A stretch of DNA of 64,000 nt from Candidatus Altimarinota bacterium. Lineage in GTDB: Bacteria; Patescibacteriota; Gracilibacteria; CAIRYL01. The stretch is from the NCBI GenBank assembly GCA_965250085.1, contig OZ252287.1:224001-288000 (forward strand). The letters are read 5' to 3'. Below are positions 38,354-47,543 of this stretch, piece after piece. A program made the translations under genes and the position numbers. Each line of letters starts with the position of its first letter. Within the stretch, counting starts at the first letter, position 1. A model generated the notes under the pieces. It was not told where the DNA came from. It saw only the letters and a list, made by a program, of their open reading frames with translations, and did not search any database.

Positions 38354-38428
38354 GCGAGTATAGTACAGTGGCTAGTACACGACCTTGCCATGGTTGAGAC
38401 ACGGGTTCGATTCCCGTTACTCGCTCCA
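38354..38428 (+). tRNA. tRNA-Gly(GCC)
   Basis: GCGAGTA...CGACCTT-GCC-ATGGTTG...GGTTCGATTCCCGT-TACTCGC-T-CCA; complete cloverleaf. Confidence 0.97.
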
Positions 38429-39637
38429 GATAGGAATAACCTTCGAAAGGTTTGCCTTTTTCATTTTATATAAGCCATTTTTAAGAGGTTCGAGCGAGCC
38501 GAGAGCTTTTTCTGTGTCTTTCATCCCTTTTTGAATGGAAACGAATGGTTTATTCAGTTCCATAAACAATTTCTTGTCTTGGAGTAAAAAGTTCGAGCCA
38601 AGAGCAGAAAAAATTCTTCGTTTTGTTTGAAGGTCTCCTTTTTCAAATTCTACGCGGGCGTGTTGGGCAAAATTGAATATCTTTTCTATTTTGTTAAGCC
38701 AATTATTTTTCTCTGTGTTGTATGAGTTAATCCGTTGATTTAATTTTCTTTGTTCCTTTTCAAAGTTCTTCTTATGTTGCTTGTAAGTTTCGTCTGAAAT
38801 AACTCCTTTAAGAAGTTTTTGAAGAAGTGTCTCAATCATTACTTCATTCTCGTTGTATCGCTTTTGTAATTGAGTACGCTTTACGACGAACTCTTTTGTC
38901 TCTTGCTTTGACCGTTTACGCAACTCCTTTGCAAACCATTCAGCAAATGCTTTTGGAATTTGAATAGCATTCAGCACTTTCTCTATTTGTTTCTCAAGAT
39001 CTTTTACCTGAAGATATTTTTGACCGCACTTAATAGTAGGATTTTTTTTGGTACAACGAAGATAATGGTAAATACGCACTCTACCATCTCCCTTATTTAC
39101 TTTTCGTTTTGGTGGTTCTTCCGTAACCATACATCCACATTCAGCACACCTAATTAGACCATTGAAAGCGTGTTCATACTTATTTTTTCTAGCTTTTCCT
39201 TTTCTTCCGAGAATTATTTGTGCCTGATCAAAATCTTCCAGACTTATTATTGAAGTATGGTTTCCGTGCTTTATTTCTCCGTGCCAGTCATAAAATCCTG
39301 TATAGAAGAGATTATTGAATATCGCATACCAGGTACTCAAAGAAACTGGTGCGGATCTTCGAGTTCTTAATCCTTCTTCGTGTGCTAGTTCTTTTATCTT
39401 GGATACTGAAAAATTACCTGTTAATAGCCTTTGCCAGGCAGTTCGAAGGTGAGGGAGTCTTTCAGGATTATCCTTTACTTCCTTTATCTTATTTCTACGA
39501 GCTCTTTCTTTTTGAAATTTCTTCCAGGGAATCAGCGGCTTCTTGTCTTCACCAATAGGGATTACGGAGTATCCTGATTTTTCATAATTTAAAGCAGCTT
39601 TGAGTACTTCATTTACGTTTTTGTGATGATTGTTCAT
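38417..39637 (-). pseudogene. Chimeric ORF: Prim-Pol N-terminal fragment fused to the recombinase, zinc-ribbon and coiled-coil part of a large serine recombinase
   Basis: GYSVIPIGEDKKPLIPWKKFQ (prim-pol), then NNLFYTG...GNHTSII..EDFDQAQ, GLIRCAECG and YLRC; no catalytic YxRxS resolvase domain; stop codon lies inside tRNA-Gly. Confidence 0.78.
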
Positions 39638-39779
39638 TTACTTCATGATTAAAGATGTATTGGAATAGGCTGAGAATTCTTTCGGCACTAGCTTCTGCTT
39701 CCCTTTCGGTAATTTCTTCACCGAACTCAGCAAAATGTATTTGTTGATACTCCCTAATTGATTCTGGTGACAGTTTCAT
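39609..39779 (-). CDS. Small island-associated hypothetical protein (56 aa)
   Basis: Manual translation MKLSPESIREYQQIHFAEFGEEITEREAEASAERILSLF...; ATGA overlap with the upstream SpoVG-like gene. Confidence 0.65.
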   Translation of the reverse strand: MKLSPESIREYQQIHFAEFGEEITEREAEASAERILSLFQYIFNHEVNEQSSQKRK

Positions 39780-40051
39780 AAGGGATAATTAGTTATGTCT
39801 TTAACTTTCCTAAAAACAACCTCTTCAATCTCTTTCGACAAATCCTTATTCAGCGGATGAAAGAAGTTGATATGATGTTCTCCAATTTTCTTAGTCGGAT
39901 ATGTCAGCCTTAATCCTTCTCCATCTAAGCGCGTATGCACTCCAATCGATCCAAGATAGAGCTTGTTATCAAATACCAAGCTGGCAAAAGCTATGAGACC
40001 GTTCTTTGGTTTTATAGGTACTATTTCAACTTCGGTTATTACGTTGCTCAT
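39776..40051 (-). CDS. SpoVG-family nucleic acid-binding protein
   Basis: ITEVEI...GLIAFASLVFDNKLYLGSIGV...LTYPTKK...FFHPLN. Confidence 0.82.
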   Translation of the reverse strand: MSNVITEVEIVPIKPKNGLIAFASLVFDNKLYLGSIGVHTRLDGEGLRLTYPTKKIGEHHINFFHPLNKDLSKEIEEVVFRKVKDITNYPL

Positions 40052-40154
40052 AAATTTTGTTTAAATAAAAAAGCCCGCCGACGAGCTGACGCTCTCAGCG
40101 TATCAATAAGTAACCGTGTGATTAAAGGTGTTTAAAAGCGGATTTTTGTGTGAT

Positions 40155-41327
40155 TCACAGGGTGTTTTTGAGGATTATTTGTTCAGTTATCTCTACCAAT
40201 CCACCATTTAACCGAATTAGAAAAGAATCTGTTAGCTCTTTTGGGGCTTTTGCTTTTTTAAGTTTTACACGTAATCTATTCCTTAATCCTTTAATTTGAT
40301 CTGCATAGAATACTCTTTTTGTTCCAGTTTTTCCATGTGGTAACTGATGTTGAACTTTCTCTCCTCCAAATGCATTATTAAAAACTTCGCACGGTGTTGT
40401 TCCCTCATTAATTCTATGAATAGACTTCCCTCCAAAATAAAATTGTAGCTTCAAAGGATCATATTCAACCTTTAATGAACGGTGTCGTCGCACATTATTT
40501 TTTATTGTTTCTGATTCAGTATTCTTTTTACTTTTTAGTCCTGTTTTAAGATATTCAAAGTCAAATTCAAAAGTTAGACCTTTCATTTTTTCTTTGAAAT
40601 CGTCATAAAACTTTTTGTATATATTAATGCGAAATGCCCAAAGATATTTATTTTTTTCTGTAAAAGATAAATGATCTTCGACAGCTCCTATATGCACAAT
40701 TTTAATATCACCAATTTTCTCTAAAAACATCATAACCGCAACAAAATCTAAGTCATCATGGTGACTCTCCTGATTTACAATTAAATTCTTATCAGGATGA
40801 TCTTTGAGTAAGGAATATATTTCTTTAACTATTTTTTCTGTCTGTTTTTCAGCTTTCAAGAAATTCTTTTCTTTCATAAACAATTCATCATTCTTCCATT
40901 GTCTTAAATATGACTCTATAAAGCGCCACACTGCCGAAGGATCAAGATTGATTGAATACATATGACTTTCACTTCCTTTTGGTTTTGGCGTGAAAATAGC
41001 AAAAGGATCATAATCGTCATTATTATCATCAAATTTGTATCGAAGAGATTTTAGCAGGTCACTGAACGCTTCTTCCTTAAAGTGGTCTATGTAGAGCTCT
41101 TTTATTACTCCATATTGCTTACACAGCGATACTAAGTAATCATAGAAGTCTTTATCAGGAATCATTTCACATATAGCATCACTCTCATAGAATCCAGGAT
41201 AATCAAAAAAGCCTTTACCATGATTGCTTTCATTTCCTCGTTCCATGGCATGACTATATTCAGCCATCAAATAATAAACGATGAATAGTAATCTGCTGTC
41301 ACAATATGTAAAAGAAAACCTCTTCAT
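40155..41327 (-). CDS. Hypothetical island protein, possible C-terminal winged-helix domain
   Basis: 390-aa AT-rich ORF ending FYADQIKGLRNRLRVKL...IRLNGGLVEI; start uncertain. Confidence 0.6.
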   Translation of the reverse strand: MKRFSFTYCDSRLLFIVYYLMAEYSHAMERGNESNHGKGFFDYPGFYESDAICEMIPDKDFYDYLVSLCKQYGVIKELYIDHFKEEAFSDLLKSLRYKFDDNNDDYDPFAIFTPKPKGSESHMYSINLDPSAVWRFIESYLRQWKNDELFMKEKNFLKAEKQTEKIVKEIYSLLKDHPDKNLIVNQESHHDDLDFVAVMMFLEKIGDIKIVHIGAVEDHLSFTEKNKYLWAFRINIYKKFYDDFKEKMKGLTFEFDFEYLKTGLKSKKNTESETIKNNVRRHRSLKVEYDPLKLQFYFGGKSIHRINEGTTPCEVFNNAFGGEKVQHQLPHGKTGTKRVFYADQIKGLRNRLRVKLKKAKAPKELTDSFLIRLNGGLVEITEQIILKNTL

Positions 41328-41428
41328 TATTGGTTCATTACTTTTTTAGTATCTTTTGACAAAACAAATTTTAGCCGTTTTATCTAAGGAAATAAAGTGA
41401 AGAGTCGATGAAACACTACATAATATAT

Positions 41429-43342
41429 TTATTCTCCTTTACCGTAATGATCCTCAATTATTCTATGAGACATTTCAACCAGTTCATCATAACCGCGTTT
41501 AGCTCTTGGATCTTCCCCCATATCTTTAATATGACGATCATCAAATCCAAGCAATTGTCCTTCTGTTTCTGAAACATCAGCTTTGCCGATATTGTGTTCT
41601 TGCTGAAAACTATGGATTGCAGTAGTAGGATCCCCATCATAAAAAACTATATGATTTGGTCTTTGTTCAGGATGTTGTTCAAAATATTTTTCCCAATACT
41701 CTCTTGCAGGAATTGTGTTCTGAGCTCGCTTCCAATTTGCACTAGCTGATCGTAATTGGCTTAGTGCAGCATCTTTCTTGGTGTCTCCAAAACCAATAGA
41801 ACCATTGTATTGATATTGATTTATGCCATCAACACTACTAAATAAATTACGTGTAATCCCCATAGCAGCTTCTTCAGAAAATCCAAGTTTCATAATTTCA
41901 CTTCTAAATACGTCAAAACAGGTTCTCTCTCTATCTTCTCTGTTAGTCCAATAATCGTTTCTTTTTGCATCATATTCTTTGTAGGCTTGAATGACTGGTG
42001 ATTCATCGGTCAAATTTTCTGCCCACTCAACAAAAGCCGCAATAAGTTTTTCATCTTCTACCATTACTCTTTTTTCTTCGCCATCGACAGTTTGTAGTTC
42101 AGAAGCATATTTTGATCCAGTTTCAGGATCTACAGGAGTATTTTCTGGTAGAAATACTATCCCAGCATCAACAGGAATACCAGAATTATCTAAAGTTGAA
42201 GGCCAAACAAATATATCGTTCCATTTAGTTTCACTTTGAGGTCTTGTAAAATCTTTTTCTGATCCATTGAAAGCGTAATCGTATTGTGAAGCTAAAACAT
42301 CAGAAGGGTACAGAAAGAAAACTTCGTTATTCCTTTCTCCGCCATAATAACCATCTGCTACAAGTTGAGCAGCAAAGTGAACAGCAGTTTTATCAGGATA
42401 ATTTGGTGCAGTTGCAAGAGAATGGTTTAGTTGAGCATTAAGTCTGGCTTTCGCCTCTTCTTCATTTTCAGCTTTTAGAGCCCAATCCTCAAGAAATCTT
42501 CTTACAGACACCTCATCTCTTGAACGTAATCCATCACGAACAGCCATAGGTGAACGAAGTATTTTTTTATCTTGCAATACGCCAACTAGTCCATCGTGAA
42601 ATTCTTCCAAACCACCTGAATGGTAAATCATAGCATTATGGTCGCGGAAACCTTGGCGTGTAACATGTGATAAATAATGAGGATTTAATCTGCGCCATAG
42701 TGCAATATATTCATCTGTAGTTAACCCAACAAGAATTTCTGGTCTTAATAATTCTCTTTTTTCTTCATTCGAAAGCGGAACAGTTTCCATTTTTTCATAA
42801 TATGCATCAAGTAGACTCCTAGGACTTGGGATTTCTGCTTGTTTTTGACTTAATTCTTCCAATTCACCTCTTATTCTTACTGCTTGAGTAGATAGTTCTG
42901 TTATTTCCACTTCTATTGAAGTAACTTCTTTTTGCAAGTTGACAGCAGCTTTGTCTCTTATTCTTAATAGCTTTTTTAGTCGTACAAATAAAGTTTCTAA
43001 TTTTTGTTCTAAGGCTAAGACTTTCTTTGCTTTAGATGTCTCTAGCAATGCTGCTGCTTGTTCCCTTCGCTTTAAATCTTCTTCCTTTTCTGTAATACTA
43101 GCTAATACAGCTTTTTGTCGTCTACGAGCTTCTGAAACTTCTGATTCGACTCTTTCTCCACCCTCTTGATCATATTTTTCCGAAATAGCACGAGGATCAA
43201 ATAACGTACGCTTGATCTGATCAAACGTTCTGTTAGCTACATCCATCAATTCAGGCATTGCACTACTTTCAAGTGCAGGCTCTTGCGATGAACCACTTTC
43301 TAGAGGAGTATCTTTTGCTTTTTGTTGTTCCTGATCATTCAT
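41429..43342 (-). CDS. Hypothetical protein with N-terminal coiled coil and a globular C-terminal domain
   Basis: 637-aa ORF; heptad-rich residues about 60-170; motifs LSHVTRQGFRDH, VHFAAQLVAD.YYGGE.NNE.FF.YPS. Confidence 0.8.
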   Translation of the reverse strand: MNDQEQQKAKDTPLESGSSQEPALESSAMPELMDVANRTFDQIKRTLFDPRAISEKYDQEGGERVESEVSEARRRQKAVLASITEKEEDLKRREQAAALLETSKAKKVLALEQKLETLFVRLKKLLRIRDKAAVNLQKEVTSIEVEITELSTQAVRIRGELEELSQKQAEIPSPRSLLDAYYEKMETVPLSNEEKRELLRPEILVGLTTDEYIALWRRLNPHYLSHVTRQGFRDHNAMIYHSGGLEEFHDGLVGVLQDKKILRSPMAVRDGLRSRDEVSVRRFLEDWALKAENEEEAKARLNAQLNHSLATAPNYPDKTAVHFAAQLVADGYYGGERNNEVFFLYPSDVLASQYDYAFNGSEKDFTRPQSETKWNDIFVWPSTLDNSGIPVDAGIVFLPENTPVDPETGSKYASELQTVDGEEKRVMVEDEKLIAAFVEWAENLTDESPVIQAYKEYDAKRNDYWTNREDRERTCFDVFRSEIMKLGFSEEAAMGITRNLFSSVDGINQYQYNGSIGFGDTKKDAALSQLRSASANWKRAQNTIPAREYWEKYFEQHPEQRPNHIVFYDGDPTTAIHSFQQEHNIGKADVSETEGQLLGFDDRHIKDMGEDPRAKRGYDELVEMSHRIIEDHYGKGE

Positions 43343-43560
43343 TTTTGTTTGTTAAATCATACAATTATACCTTATTTAGGGAACATTTTCAATGATAGCA
43401 CGACTGTAATGTGTATTCCTTTAATCATTGTGCAAACTGCAATCGAGACAAGAACTGCTTATTCAAAAGAAGTTCACAGGTTCGATTAGCTTCCAGTAAG
43501 GAGCTCCAAGAGTATGAACCTGAGTGAAACGACGAAGTAAATACTTTGGTGGTTAATTTT

Positions 43561-43893
43561 TTATTCTTCAGTTTTTTTATCATTCTCTACAAGTTTTAAT
43601 ACTCCTGCTTTTGTAGCATCAGAAATCTCAGCAATATATATAAAAATTTCAAGACCTTGAGATCCTTCTCCTACGTCGAGCTCGATCTGATCTCCATCAA
43701 AAATATCAAATTCTCGATCAGGTTGCAGTCCAAAAACATATCGGCATCCATTTCTGACATTTTCTGCCAATTCTCCGATTCCACTATCTTCTATCATAAT
43801 TGCATACTCCTCAGATTCTCCAGAGGTATTGGTTATGGCAAATCTGTTTTTACCATCTTTTATTATAAGCGAAGGTTCAAAATCCTGTGACAT
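43561..43893 (-). CDS. Hypothetical acidic protein
   Basis: 110-aa ORF with ATG start, preceded by TTGACT...TATACA-like elements on the minus strand. Confidence 0.6.
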   Translation of the reverse strand: MSQDFEPSLIIKDGKNRFAITNTSGESEEYAIMIEDSGIGELAENVRNGCRYVFGLQPDREFDIFDGDQIELDVGEGSQGLEIFIYIAEISDATKAGVLKLVENDKKTEE

Positions 43894-44076
43894 TTGAGTG
43901 TTTAAATAATTGTATATAACTTTATAGTATATTAGTCAATTTTGCAAATGGTTATAACATCAGCAAGAGAGATTATGACAGAAAAGTCATTTATAAGTAT
44001 AAAAACAATAACCTCTTGCATTTCTCTTAGGATTTTGAAAGAATTTCCCCGCTATTTTTTTAAAAAGAAAAATTGT

Positions 44077-44286
44077 ATGGCTATCTACGCAGTAAAGAAA
44101 AAAGATGAAACCAATGAGCGCCTTATCAAGCGTTTTAAGAAGCAATTTCAAAAAGCTCGTATTTTACAAGAAAAACGTGCCCGAAAGTACTGGTCCCAAA
44201 CACCAAAAAAGCGAGTTATTCGAAAAAAAGCCATTATGAGAGAGATGTATCGAGAAAAAAGAGCTCGAGAGCAATTCTATGCATAA
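44077..44286 (+). CDS. rpsU: 30S ribosomal protein S21
   Basis: From ATG 44077: MAIYAVKKKDETNERLIKRFKKQFQKARILQEKRARKYW. Confidence 0.88.
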   Translation: MAIYAVKKKDETNERLIKRFKKQFQKARILQEKRARKYWSQTPKKRVIRKKAIMREMYREKRAREQFYA

Positions 44287-44323
44287 ATTCAAACAGGTTC
44301 GTATATTTTGCTGAAATATTGGC

Positions 44324-45709
44324 TCAGTTGCTCTTTCGAACTGACTTGTGTTTTATCCTTCTGATAAAATTTCTTTTCTTCGATCCTTTCATCTCCATAA
44401 TAATTGGAGTTCCTGCAAAACCAAATGCATCACGAAGTCTGTTTTCGAGATACCTTTGAGAAGAAAAATGAAGCTTTTGTAAATGCCTCCCGTGAAATAT
44501 AAAGTGTGGAGGGAGTATTCCCACTTGGGATCCGTATTTAATTTTGGGAAATGTATTTTTGATACCAGCAAGTGGATGAAGTTGTTGCACTTCCGACAAA
44601 AAAGCATTGAGTTCTGCCGTAGAAACTCTCTTTTTTCGTTCTATAACTATTTGTTCTGAAAGGTCAAAAATCTTATAAATATTTTTTCGCTCCAAGGCCG
44701 AGAGAAATAAAACTGGTGCCCATGGAAGAAATGGAAGTTCTTTTTGAAGATGTGCGTGAAACATTTTTTGCTCTTCTTCTCCTTTTCCCTGAAGATCCCA
44801 TTTATTTATTCCCAATATAACTCCAGTTTTTGCTTCTATAACATGCTCTAAAATTCTTTTATCTTGATGAGTGACTCCTTCTTCAGCACTGATAAGAAAA
44901 AGAGTTATATCTGCCCTGTGCAATGCTACCAAGCTTCGCAACACAGAATATTCTTCTAATTCTTCTACAATTTTACTCTTTCGGCGAATACCAGCGGTAT
45001 CAATAAATCGAAATTTTCTCTTTTCCCACGCAACATCCATGTCTACCGAATCTCGTGTTGTTCCTGCTATTTCAGAAACAATAAGTTTCTCTGAATCGCT
45101 CAGTGCATTGATCAGTGATGACTTTCCAACGTTTGGTCTTCCCAGTACTGCAATAGAGAGCCTATCTTGTTCTGATTGAGCATCTTTTTGAAATCCCCTC
45201 TTCCAGAGGATATTTTCTACTTTATGTACCAACTTTGAAGTGCCAATTCCTTGAAGAGCTGAGATAAAAATCGGTGCATTCTCTCCAAGTCCAAGTGAAT
45301 ACAGATCTCCTTCATCAAGAATTGTAGATTTTCCTTCTTTCATGGTTCCGACAACAAGAATGGGCTTTGTGCCCGATCTTTTCCTCAAAAGCCTGGCAAC
45401 TTGATGATCAGCAGATGTGAGCTCGTTTTTTGTGGAAATACAAAACACGACCATGTCAGATTCTTGCAGAGCAATTTCTGCCTGTTTTTGAACATTTTCT
45501 TCTATTTCCCCTTCTCGTTTTCCAAATTCAAGTCCTCCGGTGTCCACAAAAAGCATGTCAATTTTCTCACCTTCATAAAGTCCACTTACCGGATCTCGAG
45601 TTGTTCCAGATATCGGGCTTTCTATAGCGATTCTTCTCCCTAAAATACGATTAAAGAGTGTGGATTTTCCAACATTTGGCCGACCAATAATTGCAACAAC
45701 TGCTGGCAT
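44324..45709 (-). CDS. der: Ribosome biogenesis GTPase Der/EngA
   Basis: Tandem GTPase domains with GRPNVGKS twice, GTTRD twice, DTGG and DTAGIRR, and a KH-like C-terminus. Confidence 0.97.
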   Translation of the reverse strand: MPAVVAIIGRPNVGKSTLFNRILGRRIAIESPISGTTRDPVSGLYEGEKIDMLFVDTGGLEFGKREGEIEENVQKQAEIALQESDMVVFCISTKNELTSADHQVARLLRKRSGTKPILVVGTMKEGKSTILDEGDLYSLGLGENAPIFISALQGIGTSKLVHKVENILWKRGFQKDAQSEQDRLSIAVLGRPNVGKSSLINALSDSEKLIVSEIAGTTRDSVDMDVAWEKRKFRFIDTAGIRRKSKIVEELEEYSVLRSLVALHRADITLFLISAEEGVTHQDKRILEHVIEAKTGVILGINKWDLQGKGEEEQKMFHAHLQKELPFLPWAPVLFLSALERKNIYKIFDLSEQIVIERKKRVSTAELNAFLSEVQQLHPLAGIKNTFPKIKYGSQVGILPPHFIFHGRHLQKLHFSSQRYLENRLRDAFGFAGTPIIMEMKGSKKRNFIRRIKHKSVRKSN

Positions 45710-45927
45710 AAAAAAAAGGAAATATCAAAGAAAGTATAGGGCATGAATCAGGAAGCGTGAAGCATGAAATATGTTTCAAAATCTACGGCTCATAATTTTT
45801 AATATATCAATTCTGAAATAATTGTTTTGCTGTTTCCTCTCTTCCTTTTTACAATATTTCGTCAAGAAAGAAGCATTGAAAAAAAACTTGTTTTCCGGTA
45901 AAATGATAGGATTTATAAATATTAAAA

Positions 45928-47532
45928 ATGCATATGCTTCACAAAGCAGGACTTGCTCTTTTCCTTCTTATTGCTACTCTCGGCATTGTTGTCGGTTTGA
46001 ACAATATAAGCAAAGGTGAGACTGGTCTTCTCAAAGGACAAATAACAACGGGTGATCTTACTTGCCCGCAATCGGTGTGTAATATCTGGCATGACGGATC
46101 TACCGATTCTACTTGTAAGGCGAAAAAATTTACAATTGCTAGTGGAGAGCGTTGCACGTACACAGGGTTTGTAGAGAATGCAGGACTTGTTTGGAAAACA
46201 GGTGACCCCAATCATTCAAATCCAGACAGAAGGGATGTCGCTACCCTCTCAATTATTGGAAATAACTGTACTGAGCAAACAATCGATTTCCCCGGATGTG
46301 GTCAGCAAGCACTGAGCATTACGTGTGATACCGGTGAGGTTGTCTTTGCCACTGATGATAGTTCTTTTGCTCAGATCAGTGAGTCGTGCATTCCGTATTC
46401 TGGAGGAGATGGAGATGGAGATGGAGACGGTGATCCTACCGATCCCTTGGCAATATCGATCCCTTCTCAAACTATTTCTCTGGGAGAAACTCCTCAGAAT
46501 ATTGTTATCTCCGGTGGAACTCCTGGATATGCTGTTATAAACATAACGGACAATGGAACGGGGCTTACTGCTGTATTTGATGGGAATAATACTCTCACAT
46601 TCTCTAATGCTACTACTGGGGTCGGTACCCTTCAGGGAACTGTAACTGACGCTGGTAGTCAATCGGTAAATTTTTCCATTCTTGTTTCAGAACAGGTTGA
46701 TTCTTTTTCTATAGATTCCTCTTGTGCCGAACAAACTGTGTTTGTTGGTGATACATGCGTACTGGTAGCCACAGCACCTCTTTCTGACGGAAGTACTCGA
46801 GATATTTCTGCTGAAGTCACTTGGCAAGGATTTGAAGGCATTGGAGAGGTTACTAATAATGTACTTGAAATAACAAAGAGAGATGCTGTACCTCGTACAA
46901 CAGCTGTTATTTCAGCAAGTAAGGAAACAGTAGCTTCAGATAATACTTTTAATATTTTTGTAGAAGAAAGAGTTCCCATTATCGAATCTGTAGAAACCCT
47001 TGGAAACTTTGGGGTTGAGCGGGCTACGACCGAAACACTCTATATCAGAGTATCGAGTGAGCAAGGTCAAGCCTCATTACAGGATGTTGAAGTATGGTTT
47101 GTAGAAGGCGCTTTTTCTTCTCCGGAAAGTATTCCTCAAAGTGCTCAAAGATTTGCAGTATCTGACTCAAGCGTTCCGCCAGATATTACTGAAGAAAGTA
47201 CCGTGCCTATTACGGTGTTGTTAAAACTTCCTATTTTTATTCCCGATTTCGCAGAAATGGATGATGGTCCATTTACTTTTCTCATAAACATCCATACGAG
47301 TTCTGGCAATGTAATATCTGCTGTAGAGCCAAGTTTTTTGGGAAGAGTGGCTTCAGGCGATGCCAATGGGGATGGAGATTTGACACTTGTCGATGCGATT
47401 CTCATTCTGAAGATGGCGAATCGTGAAATCGTTCCTACTTCGGCTCAACTTTTAGAAGTAGACTTTAACAAAGACTCGGTAGTGACTGTACTAGATGCTA
47501 TTTATGCACTTCGTCTTTATTTTAGCAGTTAA
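45928..47532 (+). CDS. Secreted or membrane-tethered Ig-like repeat protein with C-terminal dockerin
   Basis: N-terminal hydrophobic helix, Cys-rich and beta-rich modules, and C-terminal GDANGDGDLTLVDAILIL...DFNKDSVVTVLDAIYALR (duplicated Ca-binding loop-helix). Confidence 0.82.
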   Translation: MHMLHKAGLALFLLIATLGIVVGLNNISKGETGLLKGQITTGDLTCPQSVCNIWHDGSTDSTCKAKKFTIASGERCTYTGFVENAGLVWKTGDPNHSNPDRRDVATLSIIGNNCTEQTIDFPGCGQQALSITCDTGEVVFATDDSSFAQISESCIPYSGGDGDGDGDGDPTDPLAISIPSQTISLGETPQNIVISGGTPGYAVINITDNGTGLTAVFDGNNTLTFSNATTGVGTLQGTVTDAGSQSVNFSILVSEQVDSFSIDSSCAEQTVFVGDTCVLVATAPLSDGSTRDISAEVTWQGFEGIGEVTNNVLEITKRDAVPRTTAVISASKETVASDNTFNIFVEERVPIIESVETLGNFGVERATTETLYIRVSSEQGQASLQDVEVWFVEGAFSSPESIPQSAQRFAVSDSSVPPDITEESTVPITVLLKLPIFIPDFAEMDDGPFTFLINIHTSSGNVISAVEPSFLGRVASGDANGDGDLTLVDAILILKMANREIVPTSAQLLEVDFNKDSVVTVLDAIYALRLYFSS

Positions 47533-47543
47533 ATATTTTTTCT

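Larger units (their letters stand above)
38417..43510. mobile_element. Decayed integrative island at the tRNA-Gly 3' end
   Basis: Recombinase remnant abutting the tRNA, prim-pol fragment, SpoVG-like gene and AT-rich co-oriented hypothetical genes; right boundary uncertain. Confidence 0.65.

Noticed and set aside
37989-38428. Group I intron or split tRNA with a homing endonuclease in tRNA-Gly
   Set aside because: Both copies contain the 5' half and the downstream gene is complete. There is no room for a ribozyme core (about 20 nt and 3 nt flank the ORF).
40066-40105. GC-rich hairpin and T-run upstream of the SpoVG-like gene as an ncRNA
   Set aside because: Compatible with a simple terminator or attenuator on the minus strand; insufficient evidence for a call.
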